From a bacterium (GTDB taxonomy: Bacteria; Patescibacteriota; Doudnabacteria; UBA920; VMFF01): a DNA stretch of 53,672 nucleotides. The translations under genes were made by a program, and so were the position numbers. Below the pieces are notes generated by a model that did not search any database, was not told where the DNA came from, and saw only the letters and a program-made list of their open reading frames with translations. The DNA lies in contig JAKCAE010000038.1 of the NCBI GenBank assembly GCA_021842385.1, positions 1-53,672 of the forward strand, read 5' to 3'. The stretch's first letter is position 1. Every line of letters begins with the position of its first letter. This document shows, one piece after another, positions 35,451 to 43,811 of this stretch.

Positions 35451-36143
35451 TTAATTTTCAACGACTGCTTGAATATGTTCTACGTACTTTCTAAAGATAG
35501 GGTCTGTTTTCTGCCTTGGTCTATCAAGATCAATAGTAACAACTCTTCTGATTTTCCCTTTGTCCATAATAACAACACGGTCAGAAAGAAAGACTGCTTC
35601 TTCTATGGAATGAGACACCATAAGGACTGTTAGCTTGTTTGTTCTCCAAAGCCCTAAAAGCAAGGAATGGAGCTCTTCTGAGGTCTTTACATCTAAAGCA
35701 GAAAAAGGTTCGTCCAGAAGCAAAATTTTGCGTTTTAAAGCCATTGCTCTGGCAATACCGACTCTTTGCCTCTGACCACCTGAAAGTTGCTTAGGATAGC
35801 GCTTTTCTAAGCCTTTTAAGCCAAGCTCTGAGATGATCTGCTCTAGGCGTGTTTTTGGCATGTTTCGTCCCAAAACATTAAAAGGAAAAGAAATATTCTC
35901 TGAAACATTTAGCCAAGGAAACAAGGCGCTGTTTTGAAAGACTACAGAACATTGGTCAGCGATTTGAACAACCCCCTTGTCAGGTTCCAAAAGACCAGCA
36001 ACTATTTTTAAAAGTGTTGTTTTTCCGCTTCCTGATTCTCCGACAATGCAAACAAATTCAGAGGGTTGTATTTCCAAATCAATGTCTTTTAAAACCTCTT
36101 GTCCTTTGAAACTTTTGTAGACGTTTTCTAAAGTTATACTCAT
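35451..36143 (-). CDS. ABC transporter ATP-binding protein (NitT/TauT-like)
   Basis: GESGSGKTT, LSGGQRQRVGIARAMA, LLLDEPFSALD, VFQNSALFPWLNVSENISF. Confidence 0.85.
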   Translation of the reverse strand: MSITLENVYKSFKGQEVLKDIDLEIQPSEFVCIVGESGSGKTTLLKIVAGLLEPDKGVVQIADQCSVVFQNSALFPWLNVSENISFPFNVLGRNMPKTRLEQIISELGLKGLEKRYPKQLSGGQRQRVGIARAMALKRKILLLDEPFSALDVKTSEELHSLLLGLWRTNKLTVLMVSHSIEEAVFLSDRVVIMDKGKIRRVVTIDLDRPRQKTDPIFRKYVEHIQAVVEN

Positions 36144-36937
36144 TCGAATTTAAACCTTTCACTGTATATGGTTAAACGATGCCAAACCATGCGATCGATA
36201 ATCAATATCAAAGCAACTAAAATTAAAAGAGAAGCCAAAAACAAAGAGCTGTTATGTCCTGCAGAAACTGAAAGTAAATTGCCTAATCCAGGTAAACTAA
36301 TTTGAATATTCCCGTAATTAATATATTCGGAAATAATTATGACATTCCAACCCTCCCCAAAAGAAAGAATTGAGCCTGTAACAATGTTCGGAAAGATTGC
36401 CGGAATTATAACTTTAAAAAACAATCGTATTCCTTTTGCGTTATATATCTTCGCTGCATCAAATATTTCCTCGGGGATGAGATGAAGTCCTCCTAAAGCG
36501 CCAAAAAGAACTGACCAAAACATCGCAATTATCAAGACCAGCTGTGCTGCTAATTCTGGCAAATGCAGTCTTGCAAAAACTACGATTATCAATGGGAAGA
36601 ATGCTAGCACAGGAACACTTTGCAAAATATCGAAAATTGGCACAAGGAAGTTTTCTATCCTCTTGTTTCTTGTAACAACAAAAACAACAAACAAAGCAAG
36701 AAACAAAGAAATGAAATATGCCAAACATAGCCTTAAAAAGGTGTACAGCGCATACACAGATACTTCTCCAAAAGAAACAGTTTTAAATATTAAAAATATG
36801 CTTGAAAAACTAACTGACTTAAACCCGCTTTCAAGATATATCGCTAAGAAAGCGATAATTAAAAAACTTAGGATATAGAAAAAAACTCTGCTACTAAAAG
36901 AGTGTTTTCTTAAATGATATTTTGTTTGTCTAAACAT
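36140..36937 (-). CDS. ABC transporter permease (NitT/TauT-like)
   Basis: Six-TM BPD-type permease. 4-nt overlap with the ATPase gene. Confidence 0.75.
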   Translation of the reverse strand: MFRQTKYHLRKHSFSSRVFFYILSFLIIAFLAIYLESGFKSVSFSSIFLIFKTVSFGEVSVYALYTFLRLCLAYFISLFLALFVVFVVTRNKRIENFLVPIFDILQSVPVLAFFPLIIVVFARLHLPELAAQLVLIIAMFWSVLFGALGGLHLIPEEIFDAAKIYNAKGIRLFFKVIIPAIFPNIVTGSILSFGEGWNVIIISEYINYGNIQISLPGLGNLLSVSAGHNSSLFLASLLILVALILIIDRMVWHRLTIYSERFKFE

Positions 36938-36957
36938 TTTTGTTTTTGTCTCTAGAC

Positions 36958-37230
36958 TTAAGGGTAGACCTGTTCCCCACTTTCATCATAAAGATATATT
37001 GCAAGAGTAGGACAACTTTGGGCGGCAAGCATTAAAGTATCGTCATCAACAGCATCAACTTCTAAAAGATCAACATCTGTCTTACCTGAATCTTTTAAAG
37101 CGCCTTTTTTTAAGATCACTGCTTTGTTTTCATCATCCAGCGCAAAAACTTCGGGGTATAAAGCAACACAAGAGGCAGCACCTATACACAGTTCCCTATC
37201 AACCATTAAATATTTAATCTTTCCCGCCAT
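36958..37230 (-). CDS. Small single-cluster ferredoxin
   Basis: DRELCIGAASCVALYPEVF ... SCPTLAI. Confidence 0.6.
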   Translation of the reverse strand: MAGKIKYLMVDRELCIGAASCVALYPEVFALDDENKAVILKKGALKDSGKTDVDLLEVDAVDDDTLMLAAQSCPTLAIYLYDESGEQVYP

Positions 37231-37496
37231 TATTTCATCTCCACGTATTTAATACTTTTTAACTTAGGACAAGCTTCTTGAATGTATTTGTTTAATATTT
37301 TGCCATAGGTTAAAGGAGCCATAGGACAGCCTGCGCAATGACCTTTTAGAGCCAAAACAACTTCATCTTCACTTACGCTGACTATTTCAACACCGCCCTG
37401 ATGAGCCTTAACTACAGGATCAATTTTAGCAATCTGTTCTGAAACAGCAGCCAAAGTCTTCTCATCCATCATTGTAATGCCTGTATTGGAATTCAT
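37230..37496 (-). CDS. NifU-like Fe-S cluster scaffold/carrier domain protein
   Basis: HQGGVEIVSV...LKGHCAGCPMAPLT (NifU C-terminal domain CxxC). Confidence 0.8.
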   Translation of the reverse strand: MNSNTGITMMDEKTLAAVSEQIAKIDPVVKAHQGGVEIVSVSEDEVVLALKGHCAGCPMAPLTYGKILNKYIQEACPKLKSIKYVEMK

Positions 37497-37505
37497 ATAT
37501 AGATA

Positions 37506-38714
37506 TTACTTCTTTTCATCAACCCATTCAACCCTACGCAGTTCTTTAACCAAACCAGGTAAAACAGAAAGCAGTTTTTGCAGATCTTTCTTTTTAGTAG
37601 CTCTACCCAAAGTTATACGCACACTTGCTTTTGCGTTACTCTTACTTAAACCAAGTGCTATCAATACATGAGAGGGATCAAGGCTTGTTGAAGCACAAGC
37701 AGACCCCGTAGAAACTGCAAACCCTTGGGCATCTAAATACAAAAGCAATGCTTCACCATCAATGCCTGGGAAAGAAAAGTTAATGTTGTTTGGCAGTCTG
37801 GAATGTTCTGGTCCATTTAAAATTGCCTTAGGAATTCTTTTTTTAATCTCCTTAATTAAATATCCCTGTAATATCTTCAATCTGTTATTTTCTTCCGCTT
37901 TTAATTTTTCGGAAATCTCTAATGCTTTTGCAAAACCTGATATGCCCGCTGTATTTTCTGTGCCAGAACGTAAACCTCTTTCCTGTCCCCCTCCATAAAC
38001 TAAAGGTTTTAAAGTAACACCTGCACGAACATACAACAAACCAATTTGTTTCGGACCGTAGATCTTACTGGCATTTAAAGTCATTAAATCAACACCAAGT
38101 CTGTTAACATTTAAATCTAAAGCTCCTGCTGCTTGGCAAGCATCTGTGTGAAAAAGAATCTTGTTTTTTCTGTTTGCGTTAGCTTTGCGAATTACTTTTG
38201 AAATTTCACTAATCGGCTCTATGGTTCCAACCTCATTATTTGCATACATAATACTTACGAGTACCGTATTTTTTTGAATGTTCTTTGCTACTTCTTTTGG
38301 ATCAACAAAACCAAAGTTATTAGTTTTCAAAATAGTTAATACAATGCCCTCTGCTTCTAAAGCTTTAGCGCTTTCTAAAACTGCGTGATGCTCTATTGCT
38401 GAAACTATTAAGTGGGGTTTTTTAATTCCTAAAGCCATTGCTTGTCTAATAACCCCAAACAAAGCAAGATTAACAGACTCAGTTCCGCCTGCAGTAAAAA
38501 CTATTTCTCCTTCACGAGCAGAAAGCATTTTAGCAATCTTTACCCTTGCTCCCTCTATTTCAAACTTAGCCTGCATGCCAAGCTCATAGATACTCGAAGC
38601 ATTAGCGTAATTTTTAGAAAAAGACTCTTTCATTACCAAAGCAACCCTTGGACCAAGAGGTGTTGCCGCTGCATAATCAAGATATATTAGTTTTTTCTTT
38701 TTGCGCTCTAACAT
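37506..38714 (-). CDS. Cysteine desulfurase (NifS/IscS class)
   Basis: FTAGGTESVN, HTDACQA, PLP lysine in NASKIYGPK, catalytic STGSACAS. Confidence 0.9.
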   Translation of the reverse strand: MLERKKKKLIYLDYAAATPLGPRVALVMKESFSKNYANASSIYELGMQAKFEIEGARVKIAKMLSAREGEIVFTAGGTESVNLALFGVIRQAMALGIKKPHLIVSAIEHHAVLESAKALEAEGIVLTILKTNNFGFVDPKEVAKNIQKNTVLVSIMYANNEVGTIEPISEISKVIRKANANRKNKILFHTDACQAAGALDLNVNRLGVDLMTLNASKIYGPKQIGLLYVRAGVTLKPLVYGGGQERGLRSGTENTAGISGFAKALEISEKLKAEENNRLKILQGYLIKEIKKRIPKAILNGPEHSRLPNNINFSFPGIDGEALLLYLDAQGFAVSTGSACASTSLDPSHVLIALGLSKSNAKASVRITLGRATKKKDLQKLLSVLPGLVKELRRVEWVDEKK

Positions 38715-38733
38715 CCAGCAAATTATCTCATAT

Positions 38734-38761
38734 TTGACCTATATATTCAATGCTTTAAAAT
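38734..38761 (+). promoter_or_regulatory. Sigma70-like promoter upstream of the GC-rich non-coding segment
   Basis: TTGACC (38734-38739), 16 nt spacer, TAAAAT (38756-38761). The predicted start near 38768 coincides with the first hairpin. Confidence 0.4.
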
Positions 38762-38767
38762 ACAGTT

Positions 38768-39016
38768 GTTGAAGAGTTCAGTCCCGCCGTAGGGTGGACT
38801 GTTCAACCAGGGCATGCTGGCCCAGGTACCTTGCACGATCTTTGTGCTAACGCCGCAAGAGCTTTTTACGAGCCGCTCTGCTTGTCTGCGGGGGAGGTAT
38901 CTTTACAGCGGAGTTGTCCTGATCAAACCCGAACGAGGGTAAAAGAGCGGTGAGGGGGGCCAGAAGGCCCACTGAGGGTCGTGCATGCAACTTAAAGCCA
39001 CTGCGCGACCCTCTTC
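38768..39016 (+). ncRNA. Candidate structured RNA of unknown class (or long structured 5' leader of the downstream methyltransferase gene); ends approximate
   Basis: 33-35/60 G+C and G more frequent than C on the plus strand. No convincing ORF. Hairpin 38768-38807. Long-range ccgctct/agagcgg (38873-38879/38944-38950). gggcc-agaa-ggccc (38957-38970). 8-bp stem gagggtcg/cgaccctc (38974-38981/39006-39013). 5' gaagag pairs with 3' ctcttc. Confidence 0.45.
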
Positions 39017-39059
39017 CTAATTGCCCGAAAAGCGCGATTACTGTAATATTCAAATACAT

Positions 39060-40337
39060 ATGCAATACGCATTCATTTTAGGGAGGGTCTATACATTATC
39101 TATTGCTGAACTACTGGTTGTCCTTAAAGAGGAACTGTTGAATCATGAAATTCCTTTTAAAATATTAGCTGCTTCAGAAGAAGCATTAATCATTGAAAGT
39201 GAAAAACAATTAGATCATGAAAAGCTCCAACGTCGTTTAGGTGGAGTTATTAAAATTGTAAAGCTAGTTGACGTGGTTAAAAAACGCGAACAGGATTCAA
39301 TTAACTTTGCCCTGCAAAACTATTTCAAGCCAAGTAAATTAAAAAAAGATTTTTTAAAAGAATACAGCGGCAAAAAACAATTTGGCGTTAGTTTGTATTT
39401 GTTGGATAAAAGCATTAAAGGTTTTGGCGAACCCAAACGCTTAGGCATGTTCATTAAAAAAGCACTAGTTGAAGAAGGAGATTCAATCCGGGTTTGTCTG
39501 CCTGATTACAACTCCCTTTCATTGGCATCTGTTGTGGTTACAAAAAATCTCTTGTTGCAAAAAGGAGCTGAAATTGTCGTCATCGCGGGAATTGATAGAG
39601 TCTATGTCGGAAAAACTTTGGTTGTTCAGGATTTTGAGGACTATGGCAGACGAGACTATCAAAGACCTGTAAGAGATGAAAAACAAGGAATGATTCCACC
39701 TAAAGTTGCCCAGATTATGATTAACTTTGCCGAGCTTCCAAAGAACGGGATTGTTCTTGATCCTTTCTGCGGTATAGGGACGATTATACAAGAAGCAATA
39801 CTTTTGGGACACAAAGCATATGGTTCAGATATTGCTAGGTTTGCCATTTCAGGAAGCGAAAAAAACTTAGAGTGGTTTAGAAACAGATACAAAGTACCAC
39901 CAGGGAAATATAAGCTTGAGGTTTCAGACGTTGCTTCTGTCTCCAAAGTTTTTAAGGATGAGAAAATAGCAGGGATAGTCACAGAAGGATATTTGGGTCC
40001 CATGTATTCAAGCTTTCCTAAGGAAACTGAAATAAAGCAAAACTTTGAAGATTTAGAAGAGCTTTGGCTAAATGCCTTTAAAGAGTTTAAAAAAATCTTG
40101 CCAAAAGGTGCTCATGTTGTCATTTGCCTGCCTTGTTATAGAAAAGATACGGATAGCTATGTCCCCTTTCCAAGCGTTGACTTCATCACTGATTTAGGCT
40201 ATGATATTGAGGATCATTTTCCAGCAGCTTCTAAAAAATTGATGCCCTTTCTGAAATTAACAGAAAGAAAATCAATGATCTATGATCGAAAAGATCAGGT
40301 GGTTGCCCGGGAAATATTAACGTTCATTAATAATTAA
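39060..40337 (+). CDS. SAM-dependent RNA/DNA methyltransferase (UPF0020/Trm11-RlmL-like)
   Basis: Motif I VLDPFCGIGTIIQEA, with an N-terminal non-catalytic domain. ATG 39060 is preferred over the TTG at 39021, which lies in the GC-rich segment. Confidence 0.65.
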   Translation: MQYAFILGRVYTLSIAELLVVLKEELLNHEIPFKILAASEEALIIESEKQLDHEKLQRRLGGVIKIVKLVDVVKKREQDSINFALQNYFKPSKLKKDFLKEYSGKKQFGVSLYLLDKSIKGFGEPKRLGMFIKKALVEEGDSIRVCLPDYNSLSLASVVVTKNLLLQKGAEIVVIAGIDRVYVGKTLVVQDFEDYGRRDYQRPVRDEKQGMIPPKVAQIMINFAELPKNGIVLDPFCGIGTIIQEAILLGHKAYGSDIARFAISGSEKNLEWFRNRYKVPPGKYKLEVSDVASVSKVFKDEKIAGIVTEGYLGPMYSSFPKETEIKQNFEDLEELWLNAFKEFKKILPKGAHVVICLPCYRKDTDSYVPFPSVDFITDLGYDIEDHFPAASKKLMPFLKLTERKSMIYDRKDQVVAREILTFINN

Positions 40338-40347
40338 TAGTTAACAA

Positions 40348-40632
40348 ATGGCACATAAGAAAGCCGGAGGTAGTACCTCGTTAGGCCGCGATAGCGTTTC
40401 CAAACGTCTTGGAGTAAAAATATTCGGTGGACAGAAAGTCTCTGTCGGCAATGTCATTGTCCGACAACACGGTAGCAAATTCAGAGCAGGAAAAAATGTG
40501 CGAATGGGTGGCGACAGCACTTTGTATGCAGCAGCCAACGGATTCGTAAAGTTCTCCAACAAGAAAGTTAAAAGGTTTAACGGCGCTCTTGCAAAGACAC
40601 GCATTGTAAACGTCCTTGCAAACAAAGCTTAA
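40348..40632 (+). CDS. rpmA: 50S ribosomal protein L27
   Basis: [16 protein letters not shown]...[11 protein letters not shown]. Confidence 0.95.
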   Translation: MAHKKAGGSTSLGRDSVSKRLGVKIFGGQKVSVGNVIVRQHGSKFRAGKNVRMGGDSTLYAAANGFVKFSNKKVKRFNGALAKTRIVNVLANKA

Positions 40633-40656
40633 AGATCTACTTCCAAAAGATAAATT

Positions 40657-40680
40657 AAAACCCCTCAAACAAGGGGTTTT
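40657..40680. terminator. Bidirectional terminator between rpmA and pyrG
   Basis: aaaacccct / aggggtttt stem flanked by A and T runs. Confidence 0.7.
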
Positions 40681-40688
40681 AATTTTGG

Positions 40689-42362
40689 TTATTTCTTTCC
40701 TTTAGCTACTGCTTTCATGAAACCTTCAAATAGCGGGTGGGGTTTTAGGGGTCTGGATTTGTATTCTGGATGAAACTGACTGCCCATAAAGAAAGGATGT
40801 CCCGGAAGCTCAATTATTTCTGCAAGCTTGCCATCAGGAGACGTTCCTGAAAAAACTAAACCCGCTTTTTCTAAAATGTTCCTGTACTTGTTATTAACCT
40901 CGTATCGGTGTCTGTGTCTTTCCGCAATTCTTCTTTGCTTGTACAAAGATTCTACCTGACTACCCTTTCTCAAAAGACAATCCCAAGAACCCAAACGCAT
41001 GGAAGCACCATAATCACGGACTAGAAGTTTCTTTTCCTGATCTGGCATAATGTGAATTACAGGGTGCTTTGTTTCGTCATCAACTTCAGTGGTGTTGGCA
41101 TTTTTTAATTTAGCAACATTTCTGGCAAACTCTATTGTTGCCATTTGCATACCATAGCAAAGACCAAGATATGGAATCCTGTTTTTTCTGGCATACTCAA
41201 CAGTTTGAATCATGCCTTCTGTTCCTCTTTTGCCAAAGCCTCCGGGAACAACAATGCCGTCAAATCCCGAAAGTATTTTTTTAGCCCCTTCATTTTCTAC
41301 TTTCAAAGAATCAATCCAAGTAAGTTTGGCATTGTGTTTGTTTGACCAAGCAGCATGTTTTAACGATTCGATTACCGAAACATATGAATCAGCAAGCTCA
41401 AACTTACCTGTACCAAAATACTTTCCAACAATTGCGATGTTTAGATCTTTTTTAATGCTCTTAATCTTTTTGATGAAATTGCGCCATTCTTTCATGTCGC
41501 GCTTTCTTGGTTTCATCTTAAGCTTTTCCAAGATAATATCACCGGCATTTTGTTCTTCTAAAATCACAGGAATTTCATAGATTGATTTAACGTCAGGGTT
41601 AGAGAAAACCGCTTTTTTATCTACATTGCAAAATAAAGCAATTCTTTCTTTTCTTTTGTCATCTATAACGGTTTCAGCACGTCCAACAATAATGTCAGGT
41701 TCAATACCCATGGAATTAAGCATGCGCACTGATTGCTGTACTGGCTTAGATTTCATTTCTCCAAGGTATGAAGGAACCGGCAAATATGCCACGTGAATAT
41801 GTAGAATATCTTCTGGGTGTCTTAACTTTAAAATACGGGTTGCTTCAAAGAAAATGGCGTTTTGATACTCACCAACAGTTCCACCTAATTCCACAAGCAC
41901 GATATCAGCATTTTTAGCAGCAAGCATAAACCTTCTGATGATTTCATCAGTAACATGCGGGATTGCTTCAACATCCTCTCCCTCATATTCAAAAGCTCGC
42001 TCTTTTCTCAAAACTTCACCGTAAATCTGTCCTGTTGTAACGTAGTTTATCTTAGTCAGTGGTCTATCAATGAAACGCTCATAATGACCAAGGTCTTGAT
42101 CTGTTTCCATGCCATCGTCTGTAACAAAAACCTCACCGTGTTCTTGTGGTCTGATTGTTCCAGCGTCCTGGTTTAAATACATATCAACTTTAACAGGGGC
42201 AATCTTTAAACCCCTTGATTGCAGAATCGCACCAATTGATGCTGAGGTTATACCTTTACCAATTCCTGAGATGACACCGCCTGAAACAAAGATGAACTTT
42301 GTTTGTTTCTTTAACTTTTGAACTTTTGCCCTGGTTGTTTTACTTTTTGCTGTCATTTTCAT
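40689..42362 (-). CDS. pyrG: CTP synthase
   Basis: KFIFVSGGVISGIGKG, glutaminase GLCYGMQ, HRHRYEVN. Confidence 0.95.
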   Translation of the reverse strand: MKMTAKSKTTRAKVQKLKKQTKFIFVSGGVISGIGKGITSASIGAILQSRGLKIAPVKVDMYLNQDAGTIRPQEHGEVFVTDDGMETDQDLGHYERFIDRPLTKINYVTTGQIYGEVLRKERAFEYEGEDVEAIPHVTDEIIRRFMLAAKNADIVLVELGGTVGEYQNAIFFEATRILKLRHPEDILHIHVAYLPVPSYLGEMKSKPVQQSVRMLNSMGIEPDIIVGRAETVIDDKRKERIALFCNVDKKAVFSNPDVKSIYEIPVILEEQNAGDIILEKLKMKPRKRDMKEWRNFIKKIKSIKKDLNIAIVGKYFGTGKFELADSYVSVIESLKHAAWSNKHNAKLTWIDSLKVENEGAKKILSGFDGIVVPGGFGKRGTEGMIQTVEYARKNRIPYLGLCYGMQMATIEFARNVAKLKNANTTEVDDETKHPVIHIMPDQEKKLLVRDYGASMRLGSWDCLLRKGSQVESLYKQRRIAERHRHRYEVNNKYRNILEKAGLVFSGTSPDGKLAEIIELPGHPFFMGSQFHPEYKSRPLKPHPLFEGFMKAVAKGKK

Positions 42363-42801
42363 TAATGAGCTTAATTTTAGATTTGGCTGTTATGCCATTG
42401 TTTAACTTAATTTGAAATTCGTACTCTCCAAGTTCTTTAGTTTGCTTTGGTAGTATAATCTGTGATTTTTCTAATTCTAAATTCATCTTCTCCTTTATTC
42501 TTTCTAAGACATCTTTTTGATGTATTGAACCAAAGACTTGCCCTTTATCCCCCACCTTAACACTTAGCGTAAAAGTTCTTTTTGCAAAATCATCAGAAAT
42601 CTTTCTTGCTTGTTCTTCTTCTTTTTTCTTTTTTGCCTGAGCCTGAGCCTGTTCGTTTTTAATCTTGCTTAATATCTGTGCTGTTGCAGGCATAGCATAG
42701 CCTTTGGCAATCAAGAAGTTCCTGGCATAGCCGTCATTAAATTCCTTTACTTCTCCTTTTTTTCCTGTTCCTGATAGTTCTTTGATAAAGACAACTTGCA
42801 T
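42340..42801 (-). CDS. rplI: 50S ribosomal protein L9
   Basis: MQVVFIKELSGTGKKGEVKEFNDGYARNFLIAKGYA. Confidence 0.9.
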   Translation of the reverse strand: MQVVFIKELSGTGKKGEVKEFNDGYARNFLIAKGYAMPATAQILSKIKNEQAQAQAKKKKEEEQARKISDDFAKRTFTLSVKVGDKGQVFGSIHQKDVLERIKEKMNLELEKSQIILPKQTKELGEYEFQIKLNNGITAKSKIKLINENDSKK

Positions 42802-42814
42802 TAAGGTGTTGTAT

Positions 42815-42842
42815 AAAAATAAAGGCCTCTCCGAAGGAGAGG
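42815..42842 (-). terminator. Rho-independent terminator after ftsX
   Basis: On the minus strand: cctctcc-ttc-ggagagg, then CCTTTATTTTT. Confidence 0.65.
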
Positions 42843-42895
42843 TTTTGGCTCTTTTCCAGTATAGAGCAAGGCTCGAAAAAACTCAAGTCTAAAAA

Positions 42896-43807
42896 CTAGA
42901 TCCTCAAATACCTACGTATAGCTATGCTGCTTGAAATAATGCCTAAGATCAAGGCGGTAACAAGCTGGATAGCAAAGATAATCCAAAGATTAAAGCCCCA
43001 GGTATTATTGGTGAGATTAGTTCCTAGGTAGATATTCAGGCGCGGTAAGATGTAGTTAAAGATTGGGATTGTTAAGAGTATGGTAATGACACTTGCTGCC
43101 AGAGCATAAAGAATGCTTTCAATTATGAAAGGCCAGCGAATATACCAGTTGGTTGCACCAACAAGTTTCATAATCTCAACTTCTTCTCTTCTGTTAAAAA
43201 TTGTTAAGCGTATGGTGTTAAAAATTACCAGGATTGCAATGAAGCAGAAAACTACTGCCATACTAACACCTAAACGTTTAACAGCTGAAAGGATTCTGGA
43301 AAGGCGTTCAATGACGCTTCTGTTATCCTGGAAGTTTACTTTGTCTATGAAAGCCGCGTAATTGCTCTTGGTAAGCTCTTCAGCAATTTTTGGGTATTCA
43401 TCTAAGCTCCTTGCTTTAACTTGCAAGGTTGGTGGAAGCGGATTATCTGTTAACTGTCCCAGAGAATCTTGAATCAACTGATTGTCTGAATGCTTTTCTT
43501 TAAAAGAAGCTAAAGCTTCAGCTGCAGAAACGTATTTAACTGCAGCAATTTCCGGAACCTGTTCTAATTCTGTCTTAATATCTAATATTTGCTGTTCTGA
43601 AACCTGAGTTTTAAAATAGACACTAATATCTACTCTTTCCTGAATATTCTGAATTGCTACTCGAGTAACGTTAAAAGAAACTAAGGTTAACGTTAAGATT
43701 GCCAGGGTAATAACCATGATTAAAGTAGCTGTCGCAGAAAGCCAGAAATTTCTGTAAAAGTTTATTGCCCCTGTCCTTATTACTCTCAACAAAGTTATTG
43801 ATTCCAT
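42896..43807 (-). CDS. ftsX: Cell division permease-like protein FtsX
   Basis: N-terminal TM, periplasmic domain and three C-terminal TM helices. Directly downstream of ftsE. Confidence 0.85.
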   Translation of the reverse strand: MESITLLRVIRTGAINFYRNFWLSATATLIMVITLAILTLTLVSFNVTRVAIQNIQERVDISVYFKTQVSEQQILDIKTELEQVPEIAAVKYVSAAEALASFKEKHSDNQLIQDSLGQLTDNPLPPTLQVKARSLDEYPKIAEELTKSNYAAFIDKVNFQDNRSVIERLSRILSAVKRLGVSMAVVFCFIAILVIFNTIRLTIFNRREEVEIMKLVGATNWYIRWPFIIESILYALAASVITILLTIPIFNYILPRLNIYLGTNLTNNTWGFNLWIIFAIQLVTALILGIISSSIAIRRYLRI

Positions 43808-43811
43808 AATT

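Noticed and set aside
38768-39016. Assignment of cassette 5 to a known RNA family (RNase P, large SRP, tmRNA, cobalamin, TPP or SAM-I riboswitch, T-box).
   Set aside because: Only short partial resemblances were seen. AGTCC and GGTAAAAGAGCGG resemble RNase P. GTGCTAA and GCGGGGGAGGTA resemble the Bacillus SRP Alu domain. GCCACTG and GGTG resemble cobalamin, CCTGATC resembles TPP, and TAGGGTGGAC resembles the T-box. The obligatory elements are absent or in the wrong order: P4 GGAAAGUCC/ACAGAA...GGCUUA, SRP GGAA-AGCA domain IV, tRNA-like end with CCA, B12 box, and CUGAGA. I therefore make no family call.
38814-39065. Possible small ORFs in cassette 5: a 42-codon plus-strand ORF (38814-38942) and the 72-aa minus-strand track ORF (38847-39065).
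   Set aside because: Neither has a plausible SD. The products are Arg/Pro/Leu-rich with no pattern. The minus-strand ORF would start inside the methyltransferase gene start region. The dense helices and plus-strand G-over-C skew fit an RNA better.
40341-40668. Two minus-strand ORFs (94 and 95 aa) overlapping rpmA.
   Set aside because: They are antisense to a perfectly conserved L27 sequence. They have no signals.
41145-42321. Several plus-strand ORFs (66-122 aa) within pyrG.
   Set aside because: They are antisense to a highly conserved CTP synthase. They are unsupported.
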